Positions 1 to 12,273 are shown, numbered from the stretch's first letter. The stretch: DNA of 64,000 nt from Squalus acanthias (GCA_030390025.1 CM059432.1:17982001-18046000); one strand, 5' to 3'. The notes: generated from the letters alone by a model not told the origin. Made by a program: numbers and translations.

Positions 1-220
1 CCTCAACTACTCCCTGTGGTAAAGGCTTCCACGTTTTTTCTGCAGAAAAAATTCTCATCTCCCACCTCACTGAGAATTTTAAATTGATGACCCCTCACAA
101 TTGACTCTCCAACCAGAAGGAATAGTCTTTCGCTACTCATCTTGTCAAAACTCTCCATAATTTTAAAAAGCTCCATTAAATCTCCATTGAGCCTTGCTTG
201 CTCCAGTGGAAACAGCCCCG

Positions 221-544
221 GGATGTTTCCCCTGGCTGGGGAGTCTAGAACTAGGGGTCACAGTCTCAGAATAAGGGGTCAGCCATTTAGGACTGAGATG
301 AGGGGAAATTTTCTCACTCAAAGGGTTGTGTATCTTTGGAATTCTCTACCCGAGGGGGCGGTGGATGATCAGTTGCGGAGTATATTCAAGACAGATAGAT
401 AGATTTTTGGATACTAAGGGAATCAAGGGCTATGGAGATAAGACGGGCAAGTGGAATTGAGGTAGATGATCAGCCATGATCTTATTGAATGGCGGAGCAG
501 GCTCGAAGGGCCAAATTGGCCTATTCCATTTCTTATGTCCTTAT
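221..544 (+). mobile_element. CR1 LINE 3' fragment nested in an older minus-strand CR1 remnant (~1-220 and ~545-730)
   Basis: MFPLAGESRTRGHSLRIRG...FLTQRVVYLWNSLP ORF2 C-terminus and ttcttatg tail. Confidence 0.85.
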
Positions 545-2545
545 CTCAAGTCATTCCTCATAATTATAGCTTCCTATCGCAGACATCATCTGCGTGACAC
601 CTGACTGTGGCCTAAGCATTGCTTTGTACAATTTATGATTCTGTTCATCCACATTCTTCAGGTTCATTTCAAAATGCAATACTTTTCAGTTCTCTGCATT
701 AAATTGCATCTGCCATTTGTTTGCCCATTCTCCAAACATAGGTCCCCCTGAAGTTATTGGCAATCCATGTTGCTATTTACCAACCCCTCCTAAAATTTAC
801 GGCAGATTACATATCTCTTCTTGCACCTTTGGTCCAATGACCCAGCCTTTTGTGCACCTTCTGCTTCATCCAACCATTGGTGGTACAGCCTTCAGCCCTA
901 TGCTCTGGAACTCCCAGACTAAATTCTTTACCTCTCCACTTCACCTTTAAAAATGTGTTCTATACCTATCATACAGCCAAGCTTTCAGTCACCTCTTAAC
1001 TTTTGCACCATGGCTTGCTATCTGGTCTTCTCCTCAACCCCACTCTGTAAAGTGCCGTAGAACATTTTCTGCTTTAAAAGGTGGTGGCGATTTGGAAAGG
1101 AAGGGGTTGGGGGGGGGGGGTGGAGGGGAAGAGGAGGACAACAGATACTTGGGTTGCTTTCCTACTACTGCTGGGTAATTGTAACTAATTAAAGGATTGA
1201 TCTGTTCTTGTAATATTGCCTAAGTGCACATTGCAGAAGTTCTGTTTTATCTCAGTTTGTAACTGGCTCCAGACGTATGGCGTGGCAATATTAAAATTGA
1301 AAATTCCAGGTGCAAGAAGTGGATACTCAAAAGATCCTAGTTGCTTAATCTTTGCTAACAACTGGGAGTTGAATCTCGATCTTGGAGCAATAAATAACGG
1401 CATTGACATTTTTTAAGTCAAAATGGCATGAAAACTGGCTTAAATGCAGAAAAAATGTGATTGCCATTGATGTTAATGAGGGTGGAGCTACGCTAATTAG
1501 CTTCTAACTGTTTTCAGTGAGCGCAAAGCCAGAGCTATACATAGAATATGGAGTGGCATAAATCACCAGGAAAGCCTGGGCCAATATCTTCTAGAACTCT
1601 ACCAACGTGCCTCTAGAGCAGGTTGTTCTGGTGCAGTAAGAGTGACCCCAGGCAACTAATCCTCTCTGTAGGAGTACCTGGCAGCACAGTTGAGATTGAA
1701 GTGACAACCTTTTGTAAACCTAGCAGTTATCAAAAGTTCCCATGTTGCTTTTGCTTTTTGAAGTTGAACACTTTGTCATATGCTGTATCTGAAAAAAGGT
1801 TGCTCAATGTGTGTGTGTGTTAAAAGTGTTCAGTGATTCAGACAATATCTGTGGTAACAGTTAAACATGCACGATGCATGCTTTACAACTTACCAATTCT
1901 TCTGAAGAAACCAAAGTGTCTGATGATAGGAAGTTACATTCATAAATGAGAGAAAAAACACATACAGGAAGACATCTGAGGTGGGGAATGGGGGGGGAAA
2001 GGAGTGTGTTTGGGTGGGGTGAGGGGACGCGATGGCACCAAAGAAAATGGTTCTTGGGAGATTTTTGAATGGAGATGGCAAGAGTACAGTTGACTGCCAA
2101 TTACACTAATGGATCCCAATGTACCTTTATAGGATTCCAAAAAAGGAAGCAAGTTTGGTCATGCTTCAACGGTTTATATTAATTGAGCGAATATTAGAGG
2201 GTATTAGAGCTGCATAAATCCAACATGTTTCCTGCGTGGCTACTTTTAAAAAGGACCATGGTGTGATAAGAGGCACTCATTTATGAAGTTTGGCTTAATT
2301 CTAGTAAGTGTGAGGTGATTCAGTGCCTCAGCATGTTGATTACAACGTGCTAAACCATAGAACATTGGGTTACGACTAGTTCCCAAGACAGTAAGTTTCC
2401 AATGGAGCAAAAAATGCTTATTTATTCACAAATCATTAACAACACCAAGTTTTCATTGTTTTTGTTCGGTTCAGATTTTTTCCATTGTTTACCTGCAAAC
2501 GTTCATATGATTGCTTGGAAGTTTAAAGTGAAGCCTCGTACTTAC

Positions 2546-2638
2546 CATTACTGCAATACCTTCATTCTCCAGTGGAGTCTTGTCATACGTGGAGTCACAT
2601 ACTCTCACAACAGTGGTTACACCATACTTTTGCAGCTC
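2546..2638 (-). CDS. PTP4A3: PTP4A3-like second coding exon, aa 36-66 (not in the ORF track)
   Basis: Acceptor ctttcctcccctttAG|, 93 nt encoding [31 protein letters not shown], donor |GTAAGT. Joins exon 1 in phase 0 and places Cys at 49, the redox partner cysteine of PRLs. DKTPLE is PTP4A3-like. Confidence 0.93.
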
Positions 2639-3134
2639 CTAAAGGGGAGGAAAGCACATGGAAACTTACTATTTAAAGAACTAGTACTGGAAAAGACATC
2701 CTGGGAGATGACGGAAGGAGCCAGAGACACTCGGGCTTTTATTCTCCTTGTGACACGGATGATTTTTTAAATATAGTTTTAGCCTGCATCAAACTTAATT
2801 CAAATTCAGATCATTGCTTCTTTGGATTCTCAGTTTTTTAGAAGGAAGAAAAAAATAGAACTTTGCAAGGGTGCAGATGGAGTGGATTCTCATCTGGCAA
2901 ACAAGAGTCAGGAAAATCTGACTGAAGGTTCTTCATTTTGGCCATATTCAAAATGCCCTGGCTGGTGGGGTGATAGAAGTTGAAAACCAAAAATCTTTTA
3001 AAAAAAAAAAAAATTGAAAAAGCATGATTATTTCATTTGCAGTATTAGCTGTTTACCACTACTGCCAATTAGGCAGACCGATCAGCTAGCACATGATTTG
3101 CAATGAACTTGAAACTACTGAAAGAACTATTTGA

Positions 3135-3828
3135 CCCTGAGCTGAGCTTCTGACCCCATACCCTCACCATCACCAAGACCACCTACTTCCACCTCAGTCA
3201 TATCGCCCCTACTTCAGCCCACTGGCTGCTGAAATCCTTCGCCAAGCTTTTGTTATCTCCAGACTCAACTATTCCAATGCTCTCCTGGACCCCCTCCCAT
3301 CTTCCACCCTCCATAAACTTAAACTCATCCAAAACGCTACTGCTCGTAGCCTAACGCGCACCAAGTCCCATTTACCCATCACCCTCTGCTCTCAGACCTA
3401 CATTGGCTCTTAGTCCCCAAACACCTTGATTTTAAAATTCTCATCCTCGTGTTCAAAGCTCTCAATGGTTCACCCATCCCTATCTCTGTAACCTCCAACC
3501 ATGCCCTAACAATCTTCCGGGAACCCTGCCTTTCTCCAATGTTGTCCTCTTGTACATCTACAACTTCCTTCACCCCACCATTGGTGCTCGTGCCTTCATC
3601 TGTCTAGGCCCTAAGCTCTGGAATTCCCTTCCTAAACCTCCCCGCCTCTCTCTCTTCCTTTAAGACATTCCTTAAAACCTACCACTTTGATCAAGCTTTG
3701 TCACCTGTCCTAATGTCTCCTCCTTTGGCTCAGTATCAATTATTTTTGCCTGATTATGCTCCTGTGAAGCGCCTTGGGATGTTTTACTACATTAAAGGCG
3801 CTGTATAAATACCAGTAGTTGCTGTTGA
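3135..3828 (+). mobile_element. L2 LINE 3' fragment
   Basis: SRLNYSNALL / LIQNATAR / LHWL motifs, tail ggcgctgtataaataccagtagttgctgttg. Confidence 0.8.
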
Positions 3829-3946
3829 GATGCAACCGTAACAAAAATTATGAACTCGGCTCAAAGTATCAGTAATTGTAAGACTTCTGTTTTCCATACT
3901 TTCAATCCTGGGATGTTAATAGTCAACACTGCCAAATTTTAACATT

Positions 3947-4560
3947 AGAATCATAGAATAATATAGCACAGAAGGAGGCCATTCGACCCATCGTGCCTAT
4001 GTCAGCTCTTTGAAAGAGCTATCCAATTAATCACACTCCCCTGCTTCCATAGCCCTGCAAATTTTTCCTTTTCAAGTATATATTCAATTTCTTTTTGAAA
4101 GTTACTTTAGAATCTGTTTCCATAGGCAGTGCATCCCAGATCAACAAAACTCGCTGCATGGAAAAAAAAAAATCTCATCTCTCCTCTGGTGCTTTTGCCA
4201 ATTTTTAAAAAATCTGTGTCCTCCGATTAACGACCCACTCGTCAGTGAAATCAGTTTCTCCTTATTTACTCTATCAAAACCCCATATAATTTTGAATGCC
4301 TCTATTGAATCTCCCCTTAACCTTATCTGCGCGAAGGAGAACAACCCCAGCTTCTCTCGTCTTTTTACACAAGTCCTTCATCGCTGGTATCATTCTGGTA
4401 AATTTCCTCTGCATGCTCTCCAAGGCCTTGACATCCTTCCTAAAGTGTAGTGCCCAGATTTGGACACAATAGTCCAGCTGAGGCCTAACCAGTGGTTTAT
4501 AAAGGTTTAGCATAACATCCTTGCTTTTGTACTTGTGCCTCTATTTATAAAGCCAAGAAT
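3947..4560 (-). mobile_element. CR1 LINE 3' fragment
   Basis: LYKPLVRPQLDYCVQIW...RLRGD motifs, frameshifted; tail (attctatg)n. Confidence 0.88.
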
Positions 4561-5064
4561 AGGAAACTGTTTCATGCTACAAATACGTGCACTCAGATCC
4601 TTCCCTGAAATGGTCTCTAAGCATACTAAGCTAAAATTAGTTAAGTTCGCAATCTGGTCACTCTCACTGCGAAGGGAGGGATGATTAGTTAAGAGGCTGT
4701 GTAGTTGTGATACACATGACCAGCAGGCATTGTTCTAAGGTTTCTTCATTACTGCAAAAGACACACTATTGAGCTTCTATTGAGCACTGAAGGATTCAAA
4801 AACTAGGAGACATCATTTAAAAAAAAACACTAGGAAATTGTTGGTAAATTCAGTCAGTGTTGTTTCATAAAAGATAAGTAGATATTTCACATGCAGAGTT
4901 ACAGAAGTACAGAATAAATGACCAAGGAAGCATTATTATAAAAGGGTTCAGCAGACACACAAATGGGAAACATGCAAAAATATTTTTTAAAAAAAGAAGA
5001 GGGGTGGAGAATGAGAAAGATAGAGAATAAAAGAGAAGACCGTAAAAATTCTGAAAGTTCAGAT

Positions 5065-5199
5065 TCTGACACCTTTGGCAGTGCAGCACTCTACTGAAGT
5101 GCCAGCCTGGATTACACGTTCAAGTCTTTGGAGTGGGGCTTGAACCCACGACCACCTGACTCAGAGGTGAGAGTGCTACCACTGAGCGAAGGCCGACAC
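5065..5199 (-). mobile_element. tRNA-derived Deu-domain SINE, 5' part
   Basis: Minus strand gives gctcagtggtagcactctcacctctgagtcag...gggttcaagcccc (A/B boxes), homologous to the 51456 copy. Confidence 0.75.
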
Positions 5200-5830
5200 A
5201 TTTTAGCAATTTATGTAACTGTATTCCCAGATCTCTCTGCTCCCCTACATCATTTAGTTTCTTACCTTCCAAGGAATAAGTGGCCTCCTTACTCTTGCCA
5301 AAATGAACCAATTCTCACTTTGCTATATTGAATTTAATTTGCCATTTATCTACCCACACGGTTTATGTTGTCCTCCACATTGTTAGCTATACCCCAAATT
5401 TGGTGTCATCTGCAAATTCCAACACCATACCTCCAATTCCAGAGTCCAAATGATTTATGTATATGGTTAACCAGGGGTCCCAGCACAGATCCCTGCGACT
5501 TCTCACTTTCTGCCACTCTGAGAAACTTCCCTCACCTCTTACCAGCTTTCAACCCATTCTGCAACCTGGTCCCCAACTCCATATGCCTTGCCCTTTGTTA
5601 CGAGTGTCTTATGTGGCACCTTATCGAAGGCCTTCTGAAAGTCCATGTATACTACATCCACTGCATTGCCCATGTTTACTCTGTCTGTTATTTCTTCAAA
5701 GAATTCAATAAGGTTGGTTCAACATGACCTTCCTTTTAGAAATCCAAACCTCTAGATGTTTTGCTATCTCATCCTTCAGCAAAGATTCTAATATTTTTCT
5801 AGTAAATGACATTAAACTAACTGGTCTCTT
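5200..5830 (-). mobile_element. CR1 LINE RT fragment, decayed
   Basis: Minus strand encodes YMDFQKAFDKVPH, GSVLGP and FADDTK-like motifs with indels. Confidence 0.8.
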
Positions 5831-5996
5831 GTTTTATGTAGAATTTATTGTTTTCCTTTATATTTTTCCCTCTGTAAAACCCCTTGGGATATTTTGCGAT
5901 GTTAAATGTTAATATTCCAACTATATTTGTAATTAATATTTAGGGAATTGTACAACTTTTCACATCTGAAATTCTGGTGAGAATTAAACCATTGCT

Positions 5997-6040
5997 TTCT
6001 TCAGCTAATACCCATTTTTCTTCAGCTAATACCCATTTTT
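5997..6040. repeat. 21-bp tandem duplication (ttcttcagctaatacccattt x2)
   Basis: Two adjacent exact copies. Confidence 0.9.
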
Positions 6041-6859
6041 ATCAGTCCTTTAATTTTCACGCCATTCCACGATTGCTTACTCCAAGGTCAAGAATGACAG
6101 AAACACCAGCCCACCAACTACCTGTCCAAACAGCACAAAATTCCAAACTTCTCATTATTCCTCAAGCTAAATTGTACCATTTAGCTTGACCGACATAAGT
6201 TTAGTTGAAAACACTCATCAGCATGCTTAGTAACTGCACCAAGACTGGTGCTAACCAAGCACTGAAACGTTGGCTGTCCAAGAGAGAACGCTGCAAATGT
6301 GAAAATTAAATGTTCCCACTGTTTACAGTTCAGTTTGCAGCATTCATAGCAGTTTTACATCCGATTTGACATTGCACTGTTGTGTGTATCTAGTGACAAA
6401 CTGAAAAAAAGACTTGCATTTATATAGCGCCTTTCATGACTACCGGACGTCCCAAAGCGCTTTACAACCAATGAAGTACTTTTGAAGTGTAGTCACTGTT
6501 GTAATGTAGGAAATTGTTTTCTTATCTATGAAGCAGGGCAAGACTTGCCCCTCCGAGGAGTCTCACTCTGGACAGTGTTTGGGCCTCGACTCGGGACAAA
6601 GAATTTGTAATGTAAACATGCTACCAAATGGTATACATCTATACATTGAGTGGGTCATGTGACCTCACTGTTTTCTTAGCTATGTAAAATGTCCACCCAG
6701 AATTCTAAAGAGAAACAAATAAGATATTTCTGCCTGGACATAGATTTGAACCACTAAACAGTAGGCCAAATTCAGTCATAGCACAGGACTGGATGCAAGC
6801 TACCACCCCTTCCAGAGAGATAGGGAGGTCCCTGAAGGTAGCAGGACAGATAGATAAGG

Positions 6860-7474
6860 TGGATACTTGCCTTTATTAGTCGAGGCATAGAATATAAGAG
6901 CAGGGAGGTTATGCTTGAACTGTATAAAATAATTGTTAGGCCGTAGCTAGAATACTGCATGCAGTTCTGGTCATCACATTACAGGAAGGATGTGATTCCA
7001 CTAGAGGGGGTGCAGAGGAGATTTACGAGGGTGTTGCCTGGGCTGGGGAATTTTAGCTATGAGGAGAGATCGGATAGGCTGGGGTTGTTTTCTTTGGAAC
7101 AGAGGAGGCTGAGGGGCGACCTAATTGTGGTGTATAAAATTATGAGGAGCCTAGATAGAGTGGATAGGAAGGACCCATTTCACTTAGCAGAAGGGTCAAT
7201 AACCAGGGGGCATAGATTTAAAGTAATGGTTGGAAGTTTAGAGGGGATTTGAGGAGAGGGTGATGGGGGTCTGAAACTCACTGCCTGAAAAGGTGGAAGA
7301 GGCAGAGACCCTCATCACATTTAAAAAGTACTTAGATATGCACTTGTAGTGCCATAACCTACAATGCTACAGACCAAGTGCTGGAAAGTGGGATTAGGGT
7401 GGATAGCTCTTTGGCGGCTGGCACGGACAAGATGGGCCAAATAGCCTCCTTCTGTGCTGTAAATTTCTATGATT
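6860..7474 (+). mobile_element. CR1 LINE 3' fragment
   Basis: QFWSSHYRKDVIPLEGVQRRFTR...EQRRLRGDLI; tail ttctatgattc. Confidence 0.9.
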
Positions 7475-7477
7475 CGA

Positions 7478-8277
7478 AGACCTGGACGATGTTCAGGCTT
7501 AGGCTGATAAGTGGCAGGTAACATTCGCGCCACACAAGTGCCAAGCAATGACTATCTCCAACAAGCGAGAGTCTAACCACCACCCCTTAACATTCAATGG
7601 CATTACCATCGCCGAATCCCCCACCATCAACATCCTGGGGGGTCACCATTGACCAGAAACATAACTGGACCAGCCACATAAATACTGACAACAAGAGCAG
7701 GTCAGAGGCTAGGTATTCTGCGGCGAGTGTCTCACTTCCTGACTCCCCAAAGCCTTTCCACCATCTACAAGGCACAAGTAAGGAGCGTGATGGAATACTC
7801 TCCACTTGCCTGGATGAGTGCAGCTCCAACAACACTCAAGAAGCTCGACACCATCCAGGACAAAGCAGCCCGCTTGATTGGCACCCCATCCACCACCTTA
7901 AACATTCACTCCCTCCACCACCGGCGTACCGTGGCTGCAGTGTGTACCATCTACAAGATGCGCTGCAGCAACTCGCCAAGGTTTCTTCGGCCACACCACC
8001 AAACTCGCAACCTCTTCCACCGAGAAGGACAAGGGCAACAGGCGCATGGGAACACCACCACCTCCAAGTTCCCCTCCAAGTCACACACCATCCTGACTTG
8101 GAAGTATATCGCCGTTCTTTTATCGTCGCTGGGTCAAAATCCTGGAACTCCCTCCCTAACAGCACTGTGGGAGTACCTCCACCACATGGACTGCAGCGGT
8201 TCAAGAAGGCGGCTCACCACCACCTTCTCAAGGGCAATTAGGGATGGGCAATAAATGCTCCCATGAACGAATAAAAA
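7478..8277 (+). mobile_element. Second LINE family (CR1/L2-group), ORF2 C-terminus plus tail
   Basis: ADKWQVTFAPHKCQAM...IYKAQVRSVMEYSPLAW...DTIQDKAARLI; tail gggcaataaatgct...aataaaaa; near-identical copy at 15643-16361. Confidence 0.85.
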
Positions 8278-8728
8278 GCACGCACCGCCGGGGCCCTGCT
8301 GGGCCACCAGGGAGCGGGGTGCCAGCAAGAGTCCGGCACTCAAGAGGAGTGCCAGGCTGACAGATCGCAGCCGGCATCATGCAGCAGGAGGCCAGAGGGG
8401 GCAGGTGCTAGCAGGCGGCCCAAAAAAAAAGTGACCTGCCCCTTAATATCGCCGCCCGGGCCACAAGAACGTCCCCCCCCGACTCTGTTGGACATAGCGT
8501 CTGGTGGTAGGTCAGGCAGCGCGAGCCAAGTTTGCGGCCGGGGCGCTGCGCATGGCGATGATGTAATCGCCGGAGGCGCAGTACCACGGGGCACCACCAG
8601 CTACCACTGCCGCTAAATTTTGCAGGAGGAGTTAGCGGCGTCGCGCCCAGGCGCTAGTTGCTTTGCGCCCAGTTAGTGCCCTCTTGGGGCGCTACCGGGA
8701 GCCACAAAAGCAACCAAATTTTTCCCCC
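8278..8728. mobile_element. GC/CpG-rich non-autonomous element (possibly PIF/Harbinger-type MITE fragment)
   Basis: Abrupt GC-rich island ending aaatttttcccc, similar to the ggggtggaaatt end at 21818; only one terminus visible. Confidence 0.45.
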
Positions 8729-9614
8729 TCAGAAACCATTCTTAATCGCAAAATGGCTCCAGAATTGTATCTTGCCTCAGTTCTCCACCTTTTTCTTTTA
8801 AAAAAAAACAAACTTTTTTTCCCCCCAAACTAGAGAAATAAGTGTCTTGCCCTTAACCACACATTTTCTCTGTTCAGTCTGTAGAAGAAGTGTGCACCGG
8901 GCTATTTTGCCGGCACCCCGCTCCCTGGTGGCCCAGCAGGGCCCTGGTGCGTGTTTTTTTTTTATTTGTTCATGGGAATCACTGGCAAAGCCAGCATTTA
9001 TTGCCCACCCCTGATTTCCCTTGAGAAAGTACTGGAGATTCTGAAGACCAAAAAATGAGATTCTCTCATTACCTGTGATAACACTATAAATCCTGCCCTC
9101 CCCAGAGAAACAACTCCAGGTTCTCCCACATTATTTTAGTGGCAGACATTCTCAAAATACTGGCGTCATCCAATGTAGTTTAAACTGGCGATGCTTCCAA
9201 GTTAAAATTAATTAGTGAGCTCTGTGCAGTACAAAGTTCCAGCTGAGGGGCTATATACACATTCTGGTCCAATGAAATGGGATTGCAATACTAGTTAAAC
9301 AATGCTAAGGAACAGAATCCTTCTTCTCTTTATGCTCTTATAACGTACACTGCCGACCCACTCCTTCAACCTCTTCCTCCTGCTCCTCAAATGCAAGTTG
9401 TTAACTCTGTCATTCTGGGAAGAAATCACTTGGAAACATGCAACCAGCAATGCTGACGCTGTACTGGAGAATGGTACAGTGGTATCAGGACGGTTACACT
9501 GGAAAGCCACTTTCTTTGTGTGTTTAATATACGGGCATTCTCTATTTAAATTAGCACAAAGCTATGTTTGTACTCTAGGTAAATTAGTTTCAAATCAGAG
9601 CAATAAAACTGTCA

Positions 9615-10168
9615 ATAGGTTATGCTTGAACTGTATAAAACACTAGTTAGGCCGCAGCTAGAATACTGCGTTCAGTTCTGGTCACATTACAGGAAGGATG
9701 TGGTTGCACTAGAGGGGGTGCAGAGGAGATTTACGAGGATGTTGCCTGGGCTGGGGAATTTTAGCTATGAGGAAAGATTCAATAGGCTGGGGTTGTTTTC
9801 TTTGGAACAGAGGAGGCTGAGGGGAGACCCAATTGAGTTGTATAAAATTATGAGGGGCCTAGATAGAGTGGATAGGAAGGACCCATTTCCCTTAGCAGAA
9901 GGGTCAATAACCAGGGGGCATAGATTTAAAGTAATTGGTCGGAGGTGGAGAAGAAATTTTTACACCCTGAGGGTGGTGGGGGGTCTGTAACTCGCTGCCT
10001 GAAAGGGTGGTAGAGACAGAAACCCTTATCACATTTAAAAAGTACTTGGATATGCACTTGAAGTGCAGTAACCTACAGGGCTACGGACCAAGAGCTGGAA
10101 AGTGGGATTAGGGTGGATAGCTCTTTAGTCGGAGAATGGCCTCCTTCTGCGCTGTAAATTTCTATGAT
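9615..10168 (+). mobile_element. CR1 LINE 3' fragment
   Basis: LYKTLVRPQLEYCVQFWS...; near-identical to the 6860 copy. Confidence 0.9.
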
Positions 10169-11705
10169 ATGGATAGCAACAAGTCTGCACACTGGCGCCA
10201 TGGTATCAGGTTGTGCGTTTTTTTGTATTTTAGGCTCACTTCTTTCGATTTATTTTTGAAAGCAAATGTATGTATTTTTAAATAAATATATTCTAAAGGA
10301 AATTTCAGCTGGTATCAAATAGTTCGACTGCACTGGTACATCCAGACTGGGAATTATGCCAATTTTATTGCAGTAGACACAGCTGGCTGAATACTGACCC
10401 TTTGAATATGTCCCCTGATCAGGGCAGACCAGGCATCTTACTCGTGAACTTTCAGTGGGCCATTCATGAAGAAAGCATCTGGCACCGAATGTGCTCCATT
10501 TTCTTTTTTCAAAAAAAGGTCCAATTCTACTTCAGTGTAGTGGACTACAAAAATATTATTTTATTCCTCAAAGTACACTCTTTCCCACTTCAGAACTAGG
10601 GTGCTTTTATATTTGATGCAGTTAGACATATCACTCCACTTTGAATCAGAGGAAAAGTCACACCCAAAACATTAAGCTATTTCTCCTTCAAATGCTGACA
10701 GACCGGACCTATTGTACATTCACAGTGGGACTTATTTTCCCCTTGCACTTTATATTTCTATTTAAGAGATTTTGCATTTCTTAAATTTGTGGAGGGGGAG
10801 CAAGGAAAGTGAAAGAATGTTTCAATTCAGATTATGGCAATGCAAATACCTCTAGGAACTTTACTATTGGGTAGCTTATGAGTTTCATATTAAATATTAG
10901 TTTAATTTTATTATTGTTACAAAAGTCTGAAGCAGTAACATTTCGTTACTGCAGGGCCTGGACATTATTGAGATTAGGATCGGCCTCTTCAAGCTGAATG
11001 CAATTTAGTTGTTACAAGCTATTCACCCCAATCAAGCAGAGTAAAAAAAGTCAGTAAATATCCACAGAAACACTTGCACATCTCCTGCCCCCTGGAAAAA
11101 CAGCAAAAAGGAAACTAGATCAGACATTCAACAGCACTGTAATCTGAAATGTGCCACGGTTCCATTTCTGATCCTTTTAGGTTGAAAGCTTTCAGTTTAT
11201 ACATCTAAAATGCAATTTAAGAGGTATTCTTTGTTCAAGTCTTCAATGCTGTGGAATGCACTACCAGAGTTAGTGACTGAAGCAGAAACTAAGTCAACAT
11301 TTAAGAAGAGGTTAGATAAATTGTTGAAGGCAAAGAGAATTGGACGAGTGTCTGTGTGAAAGATAAACACCAACATGGACTGGTTGGGCCAAACAGTCTG
11401 CTCCCGTGTAGTAATTTCTATGTAATTCTAGATGTTGACCAACTTGCTGTGCACCTTAAATCACTGTTTTTATTCCAAGGATACCATTAATAACCAGGAC
11501 CCAAACACAAAATCACTAAAAAGCTAATTTTGGAATCACCAACAAGCACTATTCTCTGAAGTATGAATTAATGGGAACCACAAACTATCCCAACACATGG
11601 CGGTTCTTCAGCTAGTCATATTTAGAGTTTCAGTTTGAACATCTATTAGATTACTTCTCGAATACTGTAAACTATAAACGTTCTGTTTCGCACTTCAAGA
11701 CTCAC

Positions 11706-11810
11706 CTCTATAAATGCACTCAGTGTGGCATTTGTAGGATTGTGGGTAATGAGAAACCTCATGTGTTTGTAAGAAACTTCCACGGGTGCAGGGCGATTCA
11801 TACGGGCCAT
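11706..11810 (-). CDS. PTP4A3: PRL phosphatase (protein tyrosine phosphatase 4A, PTP4A3-like), first coding exon, aa 1-35
   Basis: ATG at 11810 reads [35 protein letters not shown], followed by donor GAG|GTGAGT (plus-strand actcac 11700-11705); 105 nt. VSYKH and TLS match PTP4A3 rather than PTP4A1 (VTYKN, TLN) as recalled. Confidence 0.93.
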
Positions 11811-12273
11811 GGGGTTGGAACCAGTGGCACAGAAGTATATCAGTACGAAGTCTGCAAATGATCCCAATCTCTCCAAGTTAGTACATGTGCACTATCTTCA
11901 TAGGATTTTGGACTTCTTATTGCAGCAAGGGAATGAAATATTCTTCTTTGAACCTTTTTGTCAGTCTCCTCTTTTCGCTTCTCGTTATTCACTCTCCTTC
12001 AAACCATGAACGATTCTACATTCAACAGTCCAGTCACCCCATTTGGAGATGCATTGCAAGGCAGTAAGAATATAACTGGAGATGCTCAACAGGCCAAGTC
12101 TGTTATCTCTCCTATTCTTATCAAAAAAACTTTTGATGGTTAATCCAAAGTGGTCTTCTTCAGGTTCTTGCTCAGATTTACTTGTCTGCAAAGATGCTAT
12201 GTTGTGCTGGGCAATAGCCACTGCTGTTTCTCACAAACTCCATAAAAGTGTGCTGAAAGGAGCTGTTGAACCA
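11811..12273 (-). other. 5'-UTR part of the first coding exon of PTP4A3-like
   Basis: Strong acceptor tatttctttctctttctAG|tggttc (AG at 12274-12275). Repeat-free stretch contiguous with the ATG; PRL genes have long leaders in this exon. Confidence 0.75.
12178..12243 (-). promoter_or_regulatory. Conserved-peptide upstream ORF, 21 aa MEFVRNSSGYCPAQHSIFADK*
   Basis: ATG 12243 to TAA 12178, 30 nt inside the predicted exon start. Same length and C-terminus (C-x-AQHSIFADK*) as the human PTP4A2 uORF peptide as I recall it (MAILSVRADFCQAQHSIFADK). Confidence 0.85.

Noticed and set aside
7597..8254. 214-aa and 175-aa overlapping ORFs as host genes
   Set aside because: They are reading frames of a LINE fragment that is repeated at 15643-16361.
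10645..10725. Degenerate family-A-like arm as a ribozyme
   Set aside because: Catalytic boxes are lost; too diverged to call.
11646..11876. 76-aa ORF as a complete protein or N-terminal extension of PTP4A3
   Set aside because: It begins at a TTG and reads through the splice donor; only 11706-11810 is supported as coding.
11985..12221. 78-aa minus-strand ORF in the leader
   Set aside because: GTG start, different frame from the conserved uORF, no recognisable homology.
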